Of a DNA stretch of 16,514 nt, positions 15,196 to 16,514 are shown piece after piece. The DNA lies in the NCBI GenBank assembly GCA_031459875.1, contig JAVKHQ010000050.1, forward strand, positions 1 to 16,514, given 5' to 3'. The number at the start of each line of letters is the position of its first letter. The stretch's first letter is position 1. Both the position numbers and the translations under genes were made by a program. Source of the DNA: Candidatus Fervidifonticultor sextus. Lineage in GTDB: Bacteria; Sysuimicrobiota; Sysuimicrobiia; Sysuimicrobiales; Humicultoraceae. The notes beneath the pieces are model-generated. The model was given only the letters and a program-made list of their open reading frames with translations, was not told where the DNA came from and did not search any database.

Positions 15196-15711
15196 ATGAC
15201 GACCGCGACGGTGCTGGAGATCGTGACCACCGACAGCCCCCGGGCCGCGGTGCTGCGGCGTCGGGCGAGGGCGGTGGGCCGGGTCACGCGTCAGGTCCAG
15301 CAGCTGATCGAGCAGATGTTCGCGACGATGCGCGCCGCCCGCGGCCTGGGCCTGGCCGCGCCGCAGGTCGGCGAGAGCGTGCGCGTGCTGGTGGCCCAGG
15401 TGGCCGACCGCACGGTGGCACTGGTGGACCCCGAGATCCTCTCCGCCGACGGCGAAGAGACTGCGACCGAGGCCTGCCTTTCGATCCCCGGCGTGCTGGG
15501 CGATGTGCCGCGGGCGGCGGTGATCACCGTGCGCGGTAAGAACCGCCGCGGCCGACGGGTGACGATCCACGCCGATGGGCTGCTGGCCCGCGTGCTGCAG
15601 CACGAGATCGACCACCTCGACGGGATCCTCTTCCTGGACCGTGTGCGCGACCGGAGCACGATCCGGGTCATCACGCCGGAAGAGGGCGACGCGGTCCCGG
15701 CCGCCGAGTAG
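15196..15711 (+). CDS. def: Peptide deformylase
   Basis: GLGLAAPQVG, EACLS and QHEIDHLDG motifs; directly upstream of fmt. ATG 15196 preferred over TTG 15157, which coincides with the predicted -35. Confidence 0.95.
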   Translation: MTTATVLEIVTTDSPRAAVLRRRARAVGRVTRQVQQLIEQMFATMRAARGLGLAAPQVGESVRVLVAQVADRTVALVDPEILSADGEETATEACLSIPGVLGDVPRAAVITVRGKNRRGRRVTIHADGLLARVLQHEIDHLDGILFLDRVRDRSTIRVITPEEGDAVPAAE

Positions 15712-15732
15712 TCCCGGGGCGATCGCCGGTCG

Positions 15733-16514
15733 ATGACCCCATCGCAGACCTCGTCCCTGCGCGTGGTCTTCCTGGGCACGCCCGCCTTTGCGATCCCGTC
15801 GCTGCGGACGCTGGCGCGCACGACGTCGGTCGTGGCGGTCGTCACCCAGCCGGATCGTCCGGCCGGGCGGGGCCGAACACTCACCCCGCCGCCGGTCGCG
15901 GTCGCCGCCCGCGCGCTGGGGCTGCCGGTGTGGCAGCCAGAGAGCCTGAGGGGGGCGGCGGTCCAGGCGGACCTGGCCGCGGTGCGGCCGGACCTGCTGG
16001 TGACGGTGGCCTACGGCAAGATCATCCCGCCGGCGGTGCTGGCGCTGCCGCCGCTGGGCGCTGTCAACCTGCACCCGTCCCTGTTGCCGGCCTACCGCGG
16101 CGCCTCACCGATCCAGCGCGCCATCGCCGACGGTGAGACGGTGACGGGGGTCACCGTGATGTACGTCTCAGAGGACCTGGATGCCGGCGACATCGTCCTG
16201 CAGCGCGAGGTGCCCATCGCCCCGGAGGAGACCGCCGGCGACCTGGAAGCGCGGCTCGCGGAGGAAGGCGCGGCGCTGCTGGCCGAGGCGGTGGCGTTGA
16301 TCGCGCAGGGGCGCGCCCCGCGGCGGCCGCAGGACCACACGCGCGCCACGTACACGAAGAAACTGGCCAAGTCCGACGGCGAGATCGCCTGGGGGCGTCC
16401 GGCGCACGAGATCGTCAATCACGTGCGGGCCATGAATCCCTGGCCGTGTGCGTACACGACCTGGCGCGGCGGGTTGCTGAAGGTGTGGCGGGGGGGGCCC
16501 CGCCCCGGCGGGGG
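15733..16514 (+). CDS. fmt: Methionyl-tRNA formyltransferase (3' end beyond the window)
   Basis: Translated by hand from ATG 15733: RVVFLGTPAFA, VVTQPDRPAGRG, VAYGKIIP, NLHPSLLPAYRGASPIQ, DLDAGDI and RAMNPWP. Confidence 0.95.
   Translation, partial: MTPSQTSSLRVVFLGTPAFAIPSLRTLARTTSVVAVVTQPDRPAGRGRTLTPPPVAVAARALGLPVWQPESLRGAAVQADLAAVRPDLLVTVAYGKIIPPAVLALPPLGAVNLHPSLLPAYRGASPIQRAIADGETVTGVTVMYVSEDLDAGDIVLQREVPIAPEETAGDLEARLAEEGAALLAEAVALIAQGRAPRRPQDHTRATYTKKLAKSDGEIAWGRPAHEIVNHVRAMNPWPCAYTTWRGGLLKVWRGGPRPGG

Overview
High-GC bacterial chromosomal window. The backbone follows the Bacillus-type gene order rqcH(yloA) <- -> yloC-remA-[kinase]-priA ... def-fmt, with several departures. An archaeal-type cytidylate kinase occupies the usual gmk position, rpoZ and coaBC are absent, and PriA has lost its ATPase/helicase motifs while keeping its 8-Cys zinc region. 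An ~8.1 kb catabolic block separates priA from def. It encodes two uncharacterised proteins, a family-5 ABC importer with no ATPase, an amidohydrolase, a mandelate-racemase-subgroup enzyme and a D-cysteine-desulfhydrase-like PLP enzyme with altered active-site motifs. At the left end are a PDZ-less trypsin-like protease and a sigma70-type promoter overlapped by tandem NrdR boxes, which predicts a ribonucleotide reductase gene just outside the window. An AGG[AG]-N18-GAA (SigH-like) motif precedes four transcription units, including all three of the catabolic block. The first permease appears to start at an ATA codon overlapping the upstream TAG. All calls come from reading motifs by eye; no searches were run.
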